A stretch of 64,000 nt of DNA from an uncultured Chloroflexia bacterium (GTDB taxonomy: Bacteria > Chloroflexota > Dehalococcoidia > DSTF01 > JALHUB01). Positions 29,439 to 40,099 of the stretch are shown piece after piece. Location of the stretch: NCBI GenBank assembly GCA_963703345.1, contig OY969814.1, positions 928,001 to 992,000 on the forward strand, written 5' to 3'. The position numbers were made by a program, and so were the translations under genes. Under the pieces are notes generated by a model, which did no database searches, was not told the DNA's origin, and saw nothing but the letters and a program-made list of their open reading frames with translations. Position 1 is the stretch's first letter. Every line of letters begins with the position of its first letter.

Positions 29439-29458
29439 CAATTAGGACATCCTAATTG
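29439..29458. promoter_or_regulatory. DtxR-family operator 1
   Basis: Perfect 9-2-9 palindrome CAATTAGGA-CA-TCCTAATTG overlapping a minus-strand TTGACT-N18-GACAAT promoter. Confidence 0.8.
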
Positions 29459-29516
29459 TCGCCCGAAACGCTCGAATAAGTCAAGCGACGCGTTGGAGTG
29501 GGAAGACGGGCGATAG

Positions 29517-29530
29517 TTAGGCCATCCTAA
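29517..29530. promoter_or_regulatory. DtxR-family operator 2
   Basis: TTAGG-CCAT-CCTAA, same core as operator 1. Confidence 0.7.
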
Positions 29531-29613
29531 TAGAATAGTCGGCAGGAGTTGCGGGAAGTAAAGGGTTCGGTGCGGCGAGATGAAGATCGCGGCGCCGGTT
29601 CGCGACGAGCGGC

Positions 29614-30312
29614 CTATTCGGTGACCAGGCGGTAGCCGACGCCCGGCTCCGTCAGAAGATGCCGCGGCTTCTGCGGGTCGGCCTCGATCTTGCGCCGCAG
29701 CCTGGCGACGTAGACGTGGAGGTAGTGCGCCTCCGACCCGTATTCCGGCCCCCATACCGCCTGGAGGAGCATCCGGTCTGTCAGCACCCTGTCCGGCTGA
29801 GCGGCTAGCGCCTTCAGGAGGTCGTATTCCGTCGGCGTCAGGTGGACCTCCTCGCCGGCGACGCTGACCCGACGGCGCGCTACATCGATCTCCAGATCGC
29901 CGCTTCGGAACTGCGGTTCGGCGCCGGAAGAAGGGCGAGCGGCGTGTCGCAGCGCCACCCTCACCCGCGCCAGCAGCTCTTCGACGCCGAACGGCTTCGT
30001 CAGGTAATCGTCGGCCCCGAGGTCCAGCGCCGACACCTTGTCGCGCTCCGCTCCGCGCACGGAGAGCACGACGATCGGCGTGCCGGCCCGCGCTCTGACC
30101 TCTCGGATGACCTCCGTTCCGTCGATGTCCGGCAAGCCGAGATCGAGGAGGATCAGGTCCGGCGGCCGCAGCACGTAGCTGTCGATGGCGTCGCCGCCGG
30201 TCTCCGCCGTCTCCACGTCGAAGCCGTGGCGGCTGAGGTTGGTCTTGAGCGCCCGCAAGATTCCCGGGTCGTCCTCGACGACGAGGATTCGCGCGCCCCT
30301 TCCCTGTGTCAT
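29614..30312 (-). CDS. kdpE: Response regulator KdpE
   Basis: ILVVEDD, LDLGLPDIDG, HYLHVYVARLRRKIE, TEPGVGY. Confidence 0.92.
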   Translation of the reverse strand: MTQGRGARILVVEDDPGILRALKTNLSRHGFDVETAETGGDAIDSYVLRPPDLILLDLGLPDIDGTEVIREVRARAGTPIVVLSVRGAERDKVSALDLGADDYLTKPFGVEELLARVRVALRHAARPSSGAEPQFRSGDLEIDVARRRVSVAGEEVHLTPTEYDLLKALAAQPDRVLTDRMLLQAVWGPEYGSEAHYLHVYVARLRRKIEADPQKPRHLLTEPGVGYRLVTE

Positions 30313-31892
30313 TCGCGGCTCTCCCTGGGCGCGGCGTCCAGCGGCAGCGTAAAGGCGAAGCGCGCGCCGCCCCCGTTGACGTTCTCCGCCCAGATGCGGC
30401 CGCCGTTGGCTTCCACCAGCCCCTTCGCGACGGCCAGGCCCAGGCCCATGCCCTTCGAGCGCGAGTCCCGCCGGTGCGCCCTGAAGAACGGATCGAAGAT
30501 GCGCTGAAGCTCCGCCGGCGGGACCCCGGGCCCCTTGTCGACGACCTCCACCTGTACTTCGCCGCCGATCCGCCGCGCCGAGACGCGGATCTCGGTCTCT
30601 GCCGGCGTGTGCTTGGCGGCGTTTTCGATGAGGTTGAACAGGACGTCGGCGATCTGCAGGTAGTCGACTGGCACCGGCGGCATGTCCTCTGGAACGATCG
30701 TCGCGATAGGATGCCCGGCGGTGAGTGGTCGCAGCCGGCCCAGCACGTCCTCGATTAGCGCGCCGATGTCGTGCCACTCCTTGTCGGGGCGGAGCGCGCC
30801 CGCTTCGATCCGCGACAGGTCGAGCAGGTTCGTGACCAGCCGGTTGAGGTAGCCCGCGTCCTCCTCGATGGCGTGCGCGAACTGGCGCCGCTCTTCCACC
30901 GTCCAGGCCACGTCCTCCTGCAAGAGGCTACCTGCCGAGGCTAGGATCGAGGCCAGCGGCGTCTTGAGGTCATGCGAAACGGCGTTCAGGAGCGCCGTCT
31001 TGAGCTCGTCGGTGCGCTGAAGGACCTCCGCTTCCGTCGCGACCTCTCGCAGCCGTGACCGCTCGACGGCGAGGCCTAGCTGGTTCGTCACGGCGAGCAG
31101 CAGGCGGTCGTCGGCGCTGCTCAGAGGATCGGCATCCGGCTCACTGACCAGGGTGAGATTGCCAACCTGACGCTCCTGCAACTGAATCGGCACTCTCTTC
31201 AGCCGGTCCTGCAGTGCGGACGACACGAACAGTCGCGGCGGCACCACCCGAACCCATCTTCCGCGCGGCGTCGTTCGTCCTTCCGCGACGCCCTGACTGA
31301 GAATGTGCGCGGGCGACGCCGCAGAGGAGTCCGCAATCCGCAGCGCCTCCGCTTCGCCGGCCTCCGCGCGTAGCGTCAACGGCGCCTGCGGGCCAAAGTC
31401 GACGACGACGGCCGCGACGCCGAGCTCCTCGCGCAGCCGCCCGGCAACCGAAATGAGCGCCTCGCGGATGTCGGGCGTCTGCATAAGGCGCACAACGTCG
31501 TAGAGGACCACCGCCTCCCTTCGCCGGCGCTCCGCCTCGCGCGCTCTTCGGCGCAGGGCCGCCGCCAGCTCGCCGGTAATGACGCCGGTCACCAGCAGCA
31601 CGCCCAGCGCCACCCACTCCTCGGCGTTCGACACGGTCAGCCGGTGGGTCGGAGCGATGAAAAAGTAGTCGAAGGCGAGAAAGGATGCGACGGACGCGAA
31701 TATGGCCGGCAAGCTGCCGAAGGCGATCGCCGTCAATAGCACCGCGAGCAGGTAGAGCATCGAGATGTTGCCGACGCTGGCTGCCTGCCTGACGAGCGCG
31801 ATGACGCTCGTCACGAGCGCTGTTAGGAGCAGCGCGACGGCATAGCCCACCCAGGCCCGTCGCGTGAGATAGTAGGACAGCCGCGCAGCCAT
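30309..31892 (-). CDS. kdpD: KdpD C-terminal part (DUF4118 TM + GAF + histidine kinase)
   Basis: FDYFFIAP TM domain, SHDLKTPL, NLLDLSRIE, GLGLAV. Confidence 0.88.
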   Translation of the reverse strand: MAARLSYYLTRRAWVGYAVALLLTALVTSVIALVRQAASVGNISMLYLLAVLLTAIAFGSLPAIFASVASFLAFDYFFIAPTHRLTVSNAEEWVALGVLLVTGVITGELAAALRRRAREAERRRREAVVLYDVVRLMQTPDIREALISVAGRLREELGVAAVVVDFGPQAPLTLRAEAGEAEALRIADSSAASPAHILSQGVAEGRTTPRGRWVRVVPPRLFVSSALQDRLKRVPIQLQERQVGNLTLVSEPDADPLSSADDRLLLAVTNQLGLAVERSRLREVATEAEVLQRTDELKTALLNAVSHDLKTPLASILASAGSLLQEDVAWTVEERRQFAHAIEEDAGYLNRLVTNLLDLSRIEAGALRPDKEWHDIGALIEDVLGRLRPLTAGHPIATIVPEDMPPVPVDYLQIADVLFNLIENAAKHTPAETEIRVSARRIGGEVQVEVVDKGPGVPPAELQRIFDPFFRAHRRDSRSKGMGLGLAVAKGLVEANGGRIWAENVNGGGARFAFTLPLDAAPRESRE

Positions 31893-31971
31893 GGCGATCT
31901 ACAGTATATTCCTGGCGTTTTTCCTGAGGAAATCGCCGAGAAGGAGAACGCTACCGAGGCGTCATTCGAAG

Positions 31972-33096
31972 CTACTCGGGGCCGGTGTCCGCGACGACGA
32001 CGATATCGATGTCCTTCGTCTCGCGCATCAGCCGCGTCACCAGCGAGCCGCGGACAATCTCCTCCCAGCGGCTGGGCGCCGACTGACCCATCACAACCAT
32101 CGTTGTCTTGTTGGCGTTGACGTACTTGATGATCTGCTCGCCGACGGAGTCACCCTCGAGCTCCTCGACCTGCCCCCCGAGACTACGGGCGAGCGCGAAG
32201 ATATCGCGCAGCAGCGCCTCCTGCTTCGCGTTCGGCGCGCGTTCGGAGCTTCGCACGTAGAGGCAGATGAGCTCGCCTTCCATTCGCCGTGCCAGCCGGT
32301 AGCCGCGCCGGACGAGCTTGAACGAGACCTCCCGCGGTGATACGCACACGACGACGCGGTCGCGGACGGCCTTCACCGGTCCTGCGCCCGCCGGCGTTGG
32401 GACTAGCGCCTGGAGCTGCTGGTCGACGTCCATCGTCGTCTGGCGAAGGGCCAGCTCCCGCAGCGCGACTATGTTCCCCTTCTTGAAGAAGTTCCCGAGC
32501 GCCTGCGGAATGCTCTGCCCCTGGTAGATGTCGCCGCGCTTCAGGCGGTTTATCACCGCGTCGGGAGTGAGGTCGACCAGCTCGATCTCGTCCGCCGAAT
32601 CGACTACCCAGTCGGGCACGGTCTCGCGCACTCTTACGCCGGTTATGTCATGGACGGCGTCGTTCAGGCTCTCCAGGTGCTGGACGTTGACGGTGGTGAT
32701 GATGTTGATGCCCGCGTCGCGCAGCTCTTCGATGCTCTGCCAGCGCTTCTCGTGAGCGGCGCCGGGGACGTTTGTGTGCGCGAGCTCGTCGATGAGGACC
32801 CACTGCGGCCGGCGCTTCAGGACGGCGTCTGTGTCCAACTCGTAGAACGTGCGGCCGCGATACTGGATCGGTTTGAGCGGGATCTGCCCCAGCCCCTCGA
32901 GTAGCTCCGCCGTCGCTGGCCGCCCGTGGGGCTCGATGAGCCCGACGACCACGTCCTCGCCGCGGGAGACGCGACGGTGCGCCTCGGCAAGCATCCGGTA
33001 CGTTTTCCCGACGCCCGGCACCGCTCCGAGAAAGACCTTCAGCTTGCCGCGCCCCGCGCGCTTCGTCTCGGCGGTTCTCTCCTGCTCGTCGGTCAT
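31972..33096 (-). CDS. kdpD: KdpD N-terminal sensor domain + Usp domain (split KdpD)
   Basis: GKLKVFLGAVPGVGKTY, DELAHTN, NVQHLESLND, LRELALR, Usp domain. Confidence 0.9.
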   Translation of the reverse strand: MTDEQERTAETKRAGRGKLKVFLGAVPGVGKTYRMLAEAHRRVSRGEDVVVGLIEPHGRPATAELLEGLGQIPLKPIQYRGRTFYELDTDAVLKRRPQWVLIDELAHTNVPGAAHEKRWQSIEELRDAGINIITTVNVQHLESLNDAVHDITGVRVRETVPDWVVDSADEIELVDLTPDAVINRLKRGDIYQGQSIPQALGNFFKKGNIVALRELALRQTTMDVDQQLQALVPTPAGAGPVKAVRDRVVVCVSPREVSFKLVRRGYRLARRMEGELICLYVRSSERAPNAKQEALLRDIFALARSLGGQVEELEGDSVGEQIIKYVNANKTTMVVMGQSAPSRWEEIVRGSLVTRLMRETKDIDIVVVADTGPE

Positions 33097-33680
33097 TGGG
33101 AACGGGCGCTGTCTGCCCTGTCCAGCGCCAGGTTCAACTCCAGCACATTGACGCGCTTCTCGCCCAGGAAGCCGAGATCGCGCCCCGCCGTGTTCTCTCG
33201 CACCAGCCGCATGACCTCATCTCTGTTCATATTGCGCGCCGCCGCTACCCGCGACGCCTGCGCCTCCGCGTTCGCTGGCGAGATGTCCGGATCGAGGCCG
33301 CTGGCGGAGGCAGTGACCATGTCGACCGGTATCTTGCCCATCTGAAGCCCCGGGTCCTCCGCCAGGACGTTCGCCACGTCGGCGCGAATCCGCTCGATCA
33401 GCGTAACATTTGTCGGGCCGAGGTTCGAGGCCCCGGACGACAGCGGGTCATAGCCATCGCCGGCCGCCGAGGGACGCGGATGGAAGTACTGCGGGCCGGA
33501 GAACTGCTGGCCGATGTACTTTGAGCCGACGACCTCCCCATCCTGGTTGACAAGGCTACCGTTCGCCTTGTCGTGAAAGGCAATCTGCGCCAGGCCCGTC
33601 ATCGCCAGCGGGTAAAGGATCCCCATGATCACCAGCGTGATGATTGCTAATTTGACCGCGATGAGCGTGCTTCTCCACAT
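33093..33680 (-). CDS. kdpC: K+-transporting ATPase subunit C
   Basis: YFHPRPSA, SGASNLGP, VTASASGLDPDIS, VNVLELNLALD. Confidence 0.96.
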   Translation of the reverse strand: MWRSTLIAVKLAIITLVIMGILYPLAMTGLAQIAFHDKANGSLVNQDGEVVGSKYIGQQFSGPQYFHPRPSAAGDGYDPLSSGASNLGPTNVTLIERIRADVANVLAEDPGLQMGKIPVDMVTASASGLDPDISPANAEAQASRVAAARNMNRDEVMRLVRENTAGRDLGFLGEKRVNVLELNLALDRADSARSQ

Positions 33681-33690
33681 AGTTCTCGTC

Positions 33691-35790
33691 CTAGTTCATC
33701 ACGTGCAGCGCCACGAGAATAAGGTCGATTGCCTTGATGCCCAGGAATGGGATAACCAGCCCGCCGAAACCGTATACGAACAGGTTGCGTTGCAGGACGG
33801 CCGCCGCTCCCAACGGTCGGTACCTGACGCCCCGAAGCGCCAGCGGGATGAGCGCGACGATGATCGCGGCGTTGAAGACGACCGCCGAAAGGATGGCGCT
33901 GTGCGGCGAATGCAGGTGCATGATGTTCAGGTGTCGCAGCTCCGGATAAGTTCCGAGGAAGAGGGCGGGAATGACGGCAAAGTACTTCGACACGTCGTTG
34001 GCGATGCTGAAGGTGGTCAGGGCGCCGCGCGTCATCAGCAGTTGCTTGCCGATCTCGACGATCTCGATGAGCTTGGTGGGATTGGAGTCGAGGTCGACCA
34101 TGTTGCCGGCCTCTTTGGCGGCGATCGTTCCCGTGTTCATCGCCACGCCGACGTCGGCCTGGGCCAGCGCCGGCGCGTCGTTCGTGCCGTCGCCGGTCAT
34201 GGCGACCAGCTTCCCCTGGCCCTGCTCATTCCGGATCAGCTCCATCTTCTTTTCCGGAGTGGCCTGCGCCAGGTAGTCGTCAACGCCTGCTTCTTTCGCG
34301 ATGGCGGCGGCGGTGAGCGGGTTGTCGCCGGTGATCATCACCGTGCGGATGCCCATCCTCCGCAGTTGCTCGAAGCGGTCCCTGATGCCGCCCTTGACGA
34401 TGTCCTTCAGGTGGATCACGCCGATGATGTCTCTGTCGCGGGCCACGACCAGCGGTGTGCCCCCTGAGCGGGCCACGTTGCCGGCGATGAGGCTCAGGGT
34501 CGTTGGAATGATGCCACCCTGTCCCCGGCTCCATTCCTCGACGGCGTCGACCGCGCCCTTGCGAATCTGCTGCCCGTTCCAGTCGATGCCGCTCATTCGC
34601 GTCTGCGCGGAGAAGGGCACGAACGAGGCCTCCGACTCACTGATATGCCTGTCGCGGAATCCGAACTGCTTCGCCAGCACGACGATAGAGCGGCCCTCGG
34701 GCGTCTCATCGCTTAGCGATGCAAGCTGCGCCGCGTCGGCGACGTCCGCCTCGCTGTAGTCGCCGACTGGTATGAAGTCCGCCGCTTGCCGGTTGCCGAA
34801 GGTGATCGTTCCGGTCTTGTCGAGCAGCAGCGTGTTCACGTCACCCGCCGCCTCGACGGCGCGCCCCGACATAGCGAGCACGTTGTGCTGGACAAGCCGG
34901 TCCATCCCGGCTATGCCGATTGCCGAGAGAAGGCCGCCGATAGTCGTCGGCATCAGGCAGACGAGCAGCGCGATCAACACGGTGACCGACACGCCGGCGC
35001 CGGAGTAGATGGCGTAGGCTTGAAGCGTCAGCACCACCAGGACGAAGAGGAACGTGAGCCCCGCAAGGAGGATGTTGAGCGCAATCTCGTTCGGCGTTTT
35101 TTGCCGCGATGCGCCCTCCACGAGCGCGATCATGTGGTCCAGGAACGTCTGCCCCGGCTCCGACGAGATGCAGACCTTTATCTCGTCTGAGAGCACCCGC
35201 GTGCCGCCCGTCACAGCGCTGCGGTCGCCGCCGCTCTCGCGGATCACTGGCGCCGATTCGCCGGTAATGGCTGACTCATCGACGGAGGCGATACCCTCGA
35301 TCACCTCGCCGTCGCTGGGGATCATCTCGCCGGCGCAGACTTCGACGATGTCGCCCTTGCGCAGTTGGCTCGCCGGTACGACCTCCACCTTCCCGTCGAC
35401 CAGGCGGTTTGCCATCGTCTCCGTCTTCATCTTGCGCAGCGCGGCGGCCTGCGCCTTGCCGCGGCCCTCAGCGACCGCCTCCGCGAAGTTGGCGAAAAGC
35501 ACCGTCAGCCAGAGAAAGAAAGCTATCGCGCCGATGAAGCCGATGTCCGGCCCGCCTCGCACCAACGCCCGAATGAAATAGAACGTGGAAATGACGCTGC
35601 CGACCTCGGTCACGAACATGACCGGATTGTGCGCCATTGAGCGCGGGTGCAGCTTGCGGAACGCCTGCACCGCGCCCTCGCCGACGAGGGAAGAGAGCGG
35701 CACGGTCTGGCGCCGTCGCCGCTTCGACTCGCCGGCGTCCGGAGCGGGCGGCTCCGCGACACTGGTGCCCGGTTGCTCTGGATCTGCCAT
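33691..35790 (-). CDS. kdpB: K+-transporting ATPase subunit B
   Basis: [24 protein letters not shown]. Confidence 0.97.
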   Translation of the reverse strand: MADPEQPGTSVAEPPAPDAGESKRRRRQTVPLSSLVGEGAVQAFRKLHPRSMAHNPVMFVTEVGSVISTFYFIRALVRGGPDIGFIGAIAFFLWLTVLFANFAEAVAEGRGKAQAAALRKMKTETMANRLVDGKVEVVPASQLRKGDIVEVCAGEMIPSDGEVIEGIASVDESAITGESAPVIRESGGDRSAVTGGTRVLSDEIKVCISSEPGQTFLDHMIALVEGASRQKTPNEIALNILLAGLTFLFVLVVLTLQAYAIYSGAGVSVTVLIALLVCLMPTTIGGLLSAIGIAGMDRLVQHNVLAMSGRAVEAAGDVNTLLLDKTGTITFGNRQAADFIPVGDYSEADVADAAQLASLSDETPEGRSIVVLAKQFGFRDRHISESEASFVPFSAQTRMSGIDWNGQQIRKGAVDAVEEWSRGQGGIIPTTLSLIAGNVARSGGTPLVVARDRDIIGVIHLKDIVKGGIRDRFEQLRRMGIRTVMITGDNPLTAAAIAKEAGVDDYLAQATPEKKMELIRNEQGQGKLVAMTGDGTNDAPALAQADVGVAMNTGTIAAKEAGNMVDLDSNPTKLIEIVEIGKQLLMTRGALTTFSIANDVSKYFAVIPALFLGTYPELRHLNIMHLHSPHSAILSAVVFNAAIIVALIPLALRGVRYRPLGAAAVLQRNLFVYGFGGLVIPFLGIKAIDLILVALHVMN

Positions 35791-35800
35791 CATCTCTCCG

Positions 35801-37528
35801 TCAGAAGAGCGTCCCCGCCTGCATCAGATAGTGCTCCACAATCGGTCCCAGCGCGTACACCGGGAAGAACGTCAGCGCGCTGACGATGACGACCGCCGCC
35901 GCCATCAGGCCGATGAAAAGGCCGCCTGTCGTCGGGAAGGTGCCCGCCGACTCCGGTACCGGCGTCTTCTTCACCATCGTGCCGCCCACGGCAATCATCG
36001 GGACGAGCCATACGAAGCGGCCGATAAGCATCGCCAGTCCGAGCATGACGTTGTAGAAGACGCTTCCGGCGTTCAGACCGGCGAAGGCGCTGCCGTTGTT
36101 ACCGGTGGCTGACGTCGCCGCGTAAAGGACTTCCGAGAGGCCGTGCGGGCCGGCGTTCAGGATCCCCGAGACGCCGGGCCCCGCCGTCGCGGCGAGCGCG
36201 CTAAAGCCGAGGATGCTCGTCTCGTGAATGAGGATTGCGATCATTATCAGCTTCATCTCGGTCGATTCGATTTTCTTCCCCAGGTACTCCGGCGTACGGC
36301 CCACCATGAGTCCGGCGATGAACACGGCCAGCATCGCGAAGATGAGCATGAACATGATCCCCGTGCCGACGCCGCCGAAGATGTTCTCGCCGATGGCGAT
36401 GTTCAGCATCGCCGTCCCGCCGGCGAGCGGCGTCATACTGTCCATGGACGCGTTCACGGCGCCGTCGGAGGTGTCGGTGGTCGCGTTCGCGAACAGCGTG
36501 GAGCCGTAGGTGCCAAAGCGGACCTCCTTGCCCTCCATGCTGCCGCCCGCCTGGCCGGACGTCGCGGCCTGGGTCACGCCGGCGTTGGCGATGTTCGGGT
36601 TACCGACCTGGTCGCTCCAGGTCATTATGGTGAGCGAGAGGGCGAAGATTAGCGCCATCGCCGCGAAGAGCGCCCAACCCTGGCGCTGGTTGCCGGCATA
36701 GCGCCCGAAGGTGTAGGTGAGCGCCGCCGGAATCGAAAGGAAGACCACCACTTCGACGAAGTTGGTCAGCGGCGTCGGATTCTCGAATGGATGCGCTGAG
36801 TTGGCGTTGAAGAAGCCGCCGCCGTTCGTGCCGAGCAGCTTGACCGCCTCCTGCGACGCGACGGGGCCACGCGCTATCGTCTGCTTCACGCCCTCCAGCG
36901 TGTTGGCGACGGCCGGCCCGCCCAGAGTCTGGACCATCCCCGACGCCATGAAGAATATGCCGATGACGATCGCTCCGGGCAGGAGCACCCACAGGCAGGA
37001 ACGCGTCAGGTCGACCCAGAAGTTGCCGACGTTCTCGCCCGAGTGACGCGTCAGGCCGCGGATAAGCGCCATAGCCACGGCGATCCCCGTCCCCGCCGAC
37101 ACGAAGTTCTGCCAGGTGAACGCCGTCATCTGCGAGAAGTAGCTTGCGGCCGCCTCCGGCACGTACGACTGCCAGTTGGTGTTGGTGACAAAGCTCACTG
37201 CCGTGTTGAAGGCGAGATCGGAGCGCATGCCCGGCGCGTCAAGAGGGTTCCAGGGGTGGAAGTGCTGCAGGCGCAGGATCAGGTAGACGATGACGATGCC
37301 ACAGAAGTTGAACAGCAGCATGTCGATCGTGTAGCGCGTCCAGCGACATTCGTGTCGAGGGTTGACGCCGATGACCGTGTAGATGCGGTTCTCGACGGGT
37401 CGAAGAACGGGATCGAGGGGGGTCCATTCTCCGGAGAAGACGCGCGCCATGTACGCGCCCAGGGGACGGGTCAGCGCGGCAACGACGGCAAAGAAAACGA
37501 GGAACTGCAGGATTCCAAATGCGGACAC
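35801..37528 (-). CDS. kdpA: K+-transporting ATPase subunit A
   Basis: [43 protein letters not shown]. Confidence 0.97.
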   Translation of the reverse strand: MSAFGILQFLVFFAVVAALTRPLGAYMARVFSGEWTPLDPVLRPVENRIYTVIGVNPRHECRWTRYTIDMLLFNFCGIVIVYLILRLQHFHPWNPLDAPGMRSDLAFNTAVSFVTNTNWQSYVPEAAASYFSQMTAFTWQNFVSAGTGIAVAMALIRGLTRHSGENVGNFWVDLTRSCLWVLLPGAIVIGIFFMASGMVQTLGGPAVANTLEGVKQTIARGPVASQEAVKLLGTNGGGFFNANSAHPFENPTPLTNFVEVVVFLSIPAALTYTFGRYAGNQRQGWALFAAMALIFALSLTIMTWSDQVGNPNIANAGVTQAATSGQAGGSMEGKEVRFGTYGSTLFANATTDTSDGAVNASMDSMTPLAGGTAMLNIAIGENIFGGVGTGIMFMLIFAMLAVFIAGLMVGRTPEYLGKKIESTEMKLIMIAILIHETSILGFSALAATAGPGVSGILNAGPHGLSEVLYAATSATGNNGSAFAGLNAGSVFYNVMLGLAMLIGRFVWLVPMIAVGGTMVKKTPVPESAGTFPTTGGLFIGLMAAAVVIVSALTFFPVYALGPIVEHYLMQAGTLF

Positions 37529-37617
37529 TACAGCTTCTCAGGTCTCATAAGCGCATACAGCAGGTAGATCAGGACGAGGAAGGCAATGATCCCTACGATG
37601 AGGTACTCGAAATTCAT
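37528..37617 (-). CDS. kdpF: KdpF (MNFEYLIVGIIAFLVLIYLLYALMRPEKL)
   Basis: 29-aa hydrophobic peptide ending YLLYALMRPEK; stop overlaps the kdpA GTG. Confidence 0.9.
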   Translation of the reverse strand: MNFEYLIVGIIAFLVLIYLLYALMRPEKL

Positions 37618-37637
37618 CGCATCGCCCCCCGCGTGCT

Positions 37638-37721
37638 TTAGATGCGGTCAATCGCGAATACTAACACAACCGCGACCGCCATGAACGCTCCGGCGGTCAT
37701 AATCAAAATTATATCAGCCAT
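37638..37721 (-). CDS. Small hydrophobic peptide upstream of kdpF (MADIILIMTAGAFMAVAVVLVFAIDRI)
   Basis: AAGGAG RBS, 27-aa single TM. Confidence 0.65.
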   Translation of the reverse strand: MADIILIMTAGAFMAVAVVLVFAIDRI

Positions 37722-38016
37722 CGCACTGCTCCTTCGTCCAATCCGGTTGAATTGCCTCGTTCCTCTTGACGCGCAGGACGATCGCCGTCCCGCTGGTCCT
37801 TGTCTCCACGTCCAGGCAATATTCCTCCGTCAGCCGCCTCGCCATCGCGACCGCGAAGCGCGCGCCCTCGGCGTCGTCAACGCCGTGCGAAATCGTCACG
37901 CTTTCAATGACCGACGGATGCGTTGCGAGAAGCGCCTGGCAGGCTGCCCAAACGAGCGAGCGCAGCGTTTGTTGAGCCGTTTGCGCTGTTGCTATCCTGT
38001 CGCTGGTCATCGTCAC
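37714..38016 (-). CDS. Hypothetical protein at head of kdp operon
   Basis: GGAGGT RBS before GTG; overlaps the next small ORF. Confidence 0.5.
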   Translation of the reverse strand: MTMTSDRIATAQTAQQTLRSLVWAACQALLATHPSVIESVTISHGVDDAEGARFAVAMARRLTEEYCLDVETRTSGTAIVLRVKRNEAIQPDWTKEQCDG

Positions 38017-38352
38017 ACCACCTCCAGCGTGATTCTGGCATGCGAAAGGTCAACGCCGCCTAAACAAAGGTCGCGCTGCGCTCAAAATCGACTCAATATG
38101 GAGGGCTGTGATCGGGCGGCACGACCGGCTGGCCGCGTAGTCTGGCTGCCGCCTGTGCTTGACCCGCCAGCGGCCATTACGTAAAGTGGAGTCACTCCAA
38201 GGATAGGACGATCAGGAAACCGTTTCTTGTGTTGACGCGCGCCTAAGGTAAGAGCAGGGCTCGTCGAACGGAGCGTCATCTTGCGAGCAGGCCGATTCTC
38301 GACGAAGGGAAGTAGCTCAGGCCAGACAGCCAACGCAAGACTATGCTCGCTG

Positions 38353-39054
38353 ATGAGTATAATCATCGCGATTGCGGTGGTCGCCATTGGCTGCGGTTCA
38401 TCGTCGAATGGCGCGCCCGCGACTCAAGCCCCTGTGACGACGGCGCCGACTGCCCCGGTAACTCCTAAGCCCGTCACGATCGCCGTCGGCGACAACCCCT
38501 CCAGGGGACCGGTTGACGCGAAGGTCACAATCGTCGAGTTCGCAGACTTCCAAGGTCCACATTGTGCGGGCTTCGCTTTGCAGACCCTGCCGCAGATACT
38601 GGCGAATTACGGTGACAAAGTCCGGTTCGTATTCCTGAACGATATTCTGGGGGGCAGCACATATTCCGAAAAGGCCGCGGAAGCCGGCGAATGCGCCAAG
38701 GCACAAGGGGCTTTCTGGCAATACCACGACTTGCTGTTCCAAAACCAGCAGACGCTTACTGGACTGACTACACCCGGTCCGACACCGGGAATCAGCAACG
38801 TGGTCGACAGCTTGAAGGGCTACGCGGGCCAGCTAGGTCTGGACACTGCCAAGTTCAACGAATGCGTTGACTCAGGACAGATGGCAGCCGCCTTGCTGGC
38901 GGATAGGCAGCTCGCAGACAAGGCCGTCCAAGATGCGGGCTTGAACTCGTTTCCGCTGCCGTCCTTCTTCATAAACGGCAACTACCTCAGCGGAGCCAAG
39001 CCGTATGACGTCTTCAGGCAACTGATTGACTCGGCCTTGGCGGCAGCTCAGTAG
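38353..39054 (+). CDS. DsbA/thioredoxin-fold (BdbD-like) lipoprotein with GxxC instead of CxxC
   Basis: AKVTIVEFADFQGPHC, AAEAGECA, FWQYHDLLF, PSFFING; start approximate. Confidence 0.8.
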   Translation: MSIIIAIAVVAIGCGSSSNGAPATQAPVTTAPTAPVTPKPVTIAVGDNPSRGPVDAKVTIVEFADFQGPHCAGFALQTLPQILANYGDKVRFVFLNDILGGSTYSEKAAEAGECAKAQGAFWQYHDLLFQNQQTLTGLTTPGPTPGISNVVDSLKGYAGQLGLDTAKFNECVDSGQMAAALLADRQLADKAVQDAGLNSFPLPSFFINGNYLSGAKPYDVFRQLIDSALAAAQ

Positions 39055-39169
39055 CGGCGTCCCTCTGACTGGGGCGACCAGGGCTCTCTCCAACTTCCTG
39101 TCATGCCCCGATTGCTGCGAGCGGTGCGCTGGATGTTGCGACGGTCGTCTTCGTCGCTGCCGCTACGCG

Positions 39170-39964
39170 ATGTGCCCGATCCACGCCCGCTGGACTCGTC
39201 AACTTTCGCCTGCGAAAACGTTCGCGCTGCTTGGCGCGACGATCGCTTGCGGGGCTGGCCTGTTCGTCGTGCGGGAACGGCGGCGCCCAGCCAGTCCGCA
39301 GCAAATACTCACATTCGAATTCCAGCAGCAGGGTTACGTGTTGATTTCTTATGGAGATCGAAGTGAATTGGTTTCGCCGGCGTTCGTGTCGGGAGGCACG
39401 ACTTCTGTGGCCATCTCAGACTTCGCTGATGACAGCGTATGTTGGGTTGAGGATCCGAGTCATGAAACCTGGCGCCTGGACCTAGAGTCAGGGGGGATGC
39501 TTGACAGTGCCGCTGATCTACCCGGGGCAGCAGACGTCTCATCTCTATGTGGTCAAGGCACTGCCGCACCGCGTGTGAGCACACCTCCTCCAGAACCGCC
39601 GGTCTCGAATTTGCTTTCACTTCCATTTGATCGCTGCAAAGACGCTTCCTGGCTCATGGCGCCTTGGATAGAGGGACCCGAGGGATATGAAACCCTGGAT
39701 TGCAAACAGGTATCGATCGGCCTTGCCCGAGCCACCCTCTGGCTGTTTCGGCTCAACGGGCGCCTCGGAGTGGCCCTGATCGCTTTCGTTAGAGCTGCGT
39801 GGCTCACGGACGCCACCGGTTCCGCCGCCGGTTTTGACGGACTGTCTGGAGACTTCGCCTGCTGGCATGACTCCAGCGGCCGGGTCTTCGGCATCGACAT
39901 AATAGACGGCGCGCTCGAGGAGAGTCCTTCTGAATGCTCCGCTTTATCGGTCCCGCAGCCGTGA
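39170..39964 (+). CDS. Hypothetical membrane-anchored protein
   Basis: Long ORF with an N-terminal hydrophobic stretch; start uncertain. Confidence 0.4.
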   Translation: MCPIHARWTRQLSPAKTFALLGATIACGAGLFVVRERRRPASPQQILTFEFQQQGYVLISYGDRSELVSPAFVSGGTTSVAISDFADDSVCWVEDPSHETWRLDLESGGMLDSAADLPGAADVSSLCGQGTAAPRVSTPPPEPPVSNLLSLPFDRCKDASWLMAPWIEGPEGYETLDCKQVSIGLARATLWLFRLNGRLGVALIAFVRAAWLTDATGSAAGFDGLSGDFACWHDSSGRVFGIDIIDGALEESPSECSALSVPQP

Positions 39965-40099
39965 CTCGTGTCGTCGGAATCTCGTCGTAAGAGAAGCGCA
40001 AGGGAAGCGTATGCTTCCTGTCATGCAGCCTCTTCCTCTGAGCGATATAATCCTTTCGAAAGTTCGATTCCTCACGGAGACGGTGAAGGGAGGACGGCG

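Noticed and set aside
38020-38340. c-di-AMP riboswitch upstream of kdp
   Set aside because: No ydaO consensus recognised by eye.
38553-38590. Relic SECIS after the DsbA GxxC codon
   Set aside because: The weak hairpin has a UUC loop at +16, unlike the +22 GUU signature.
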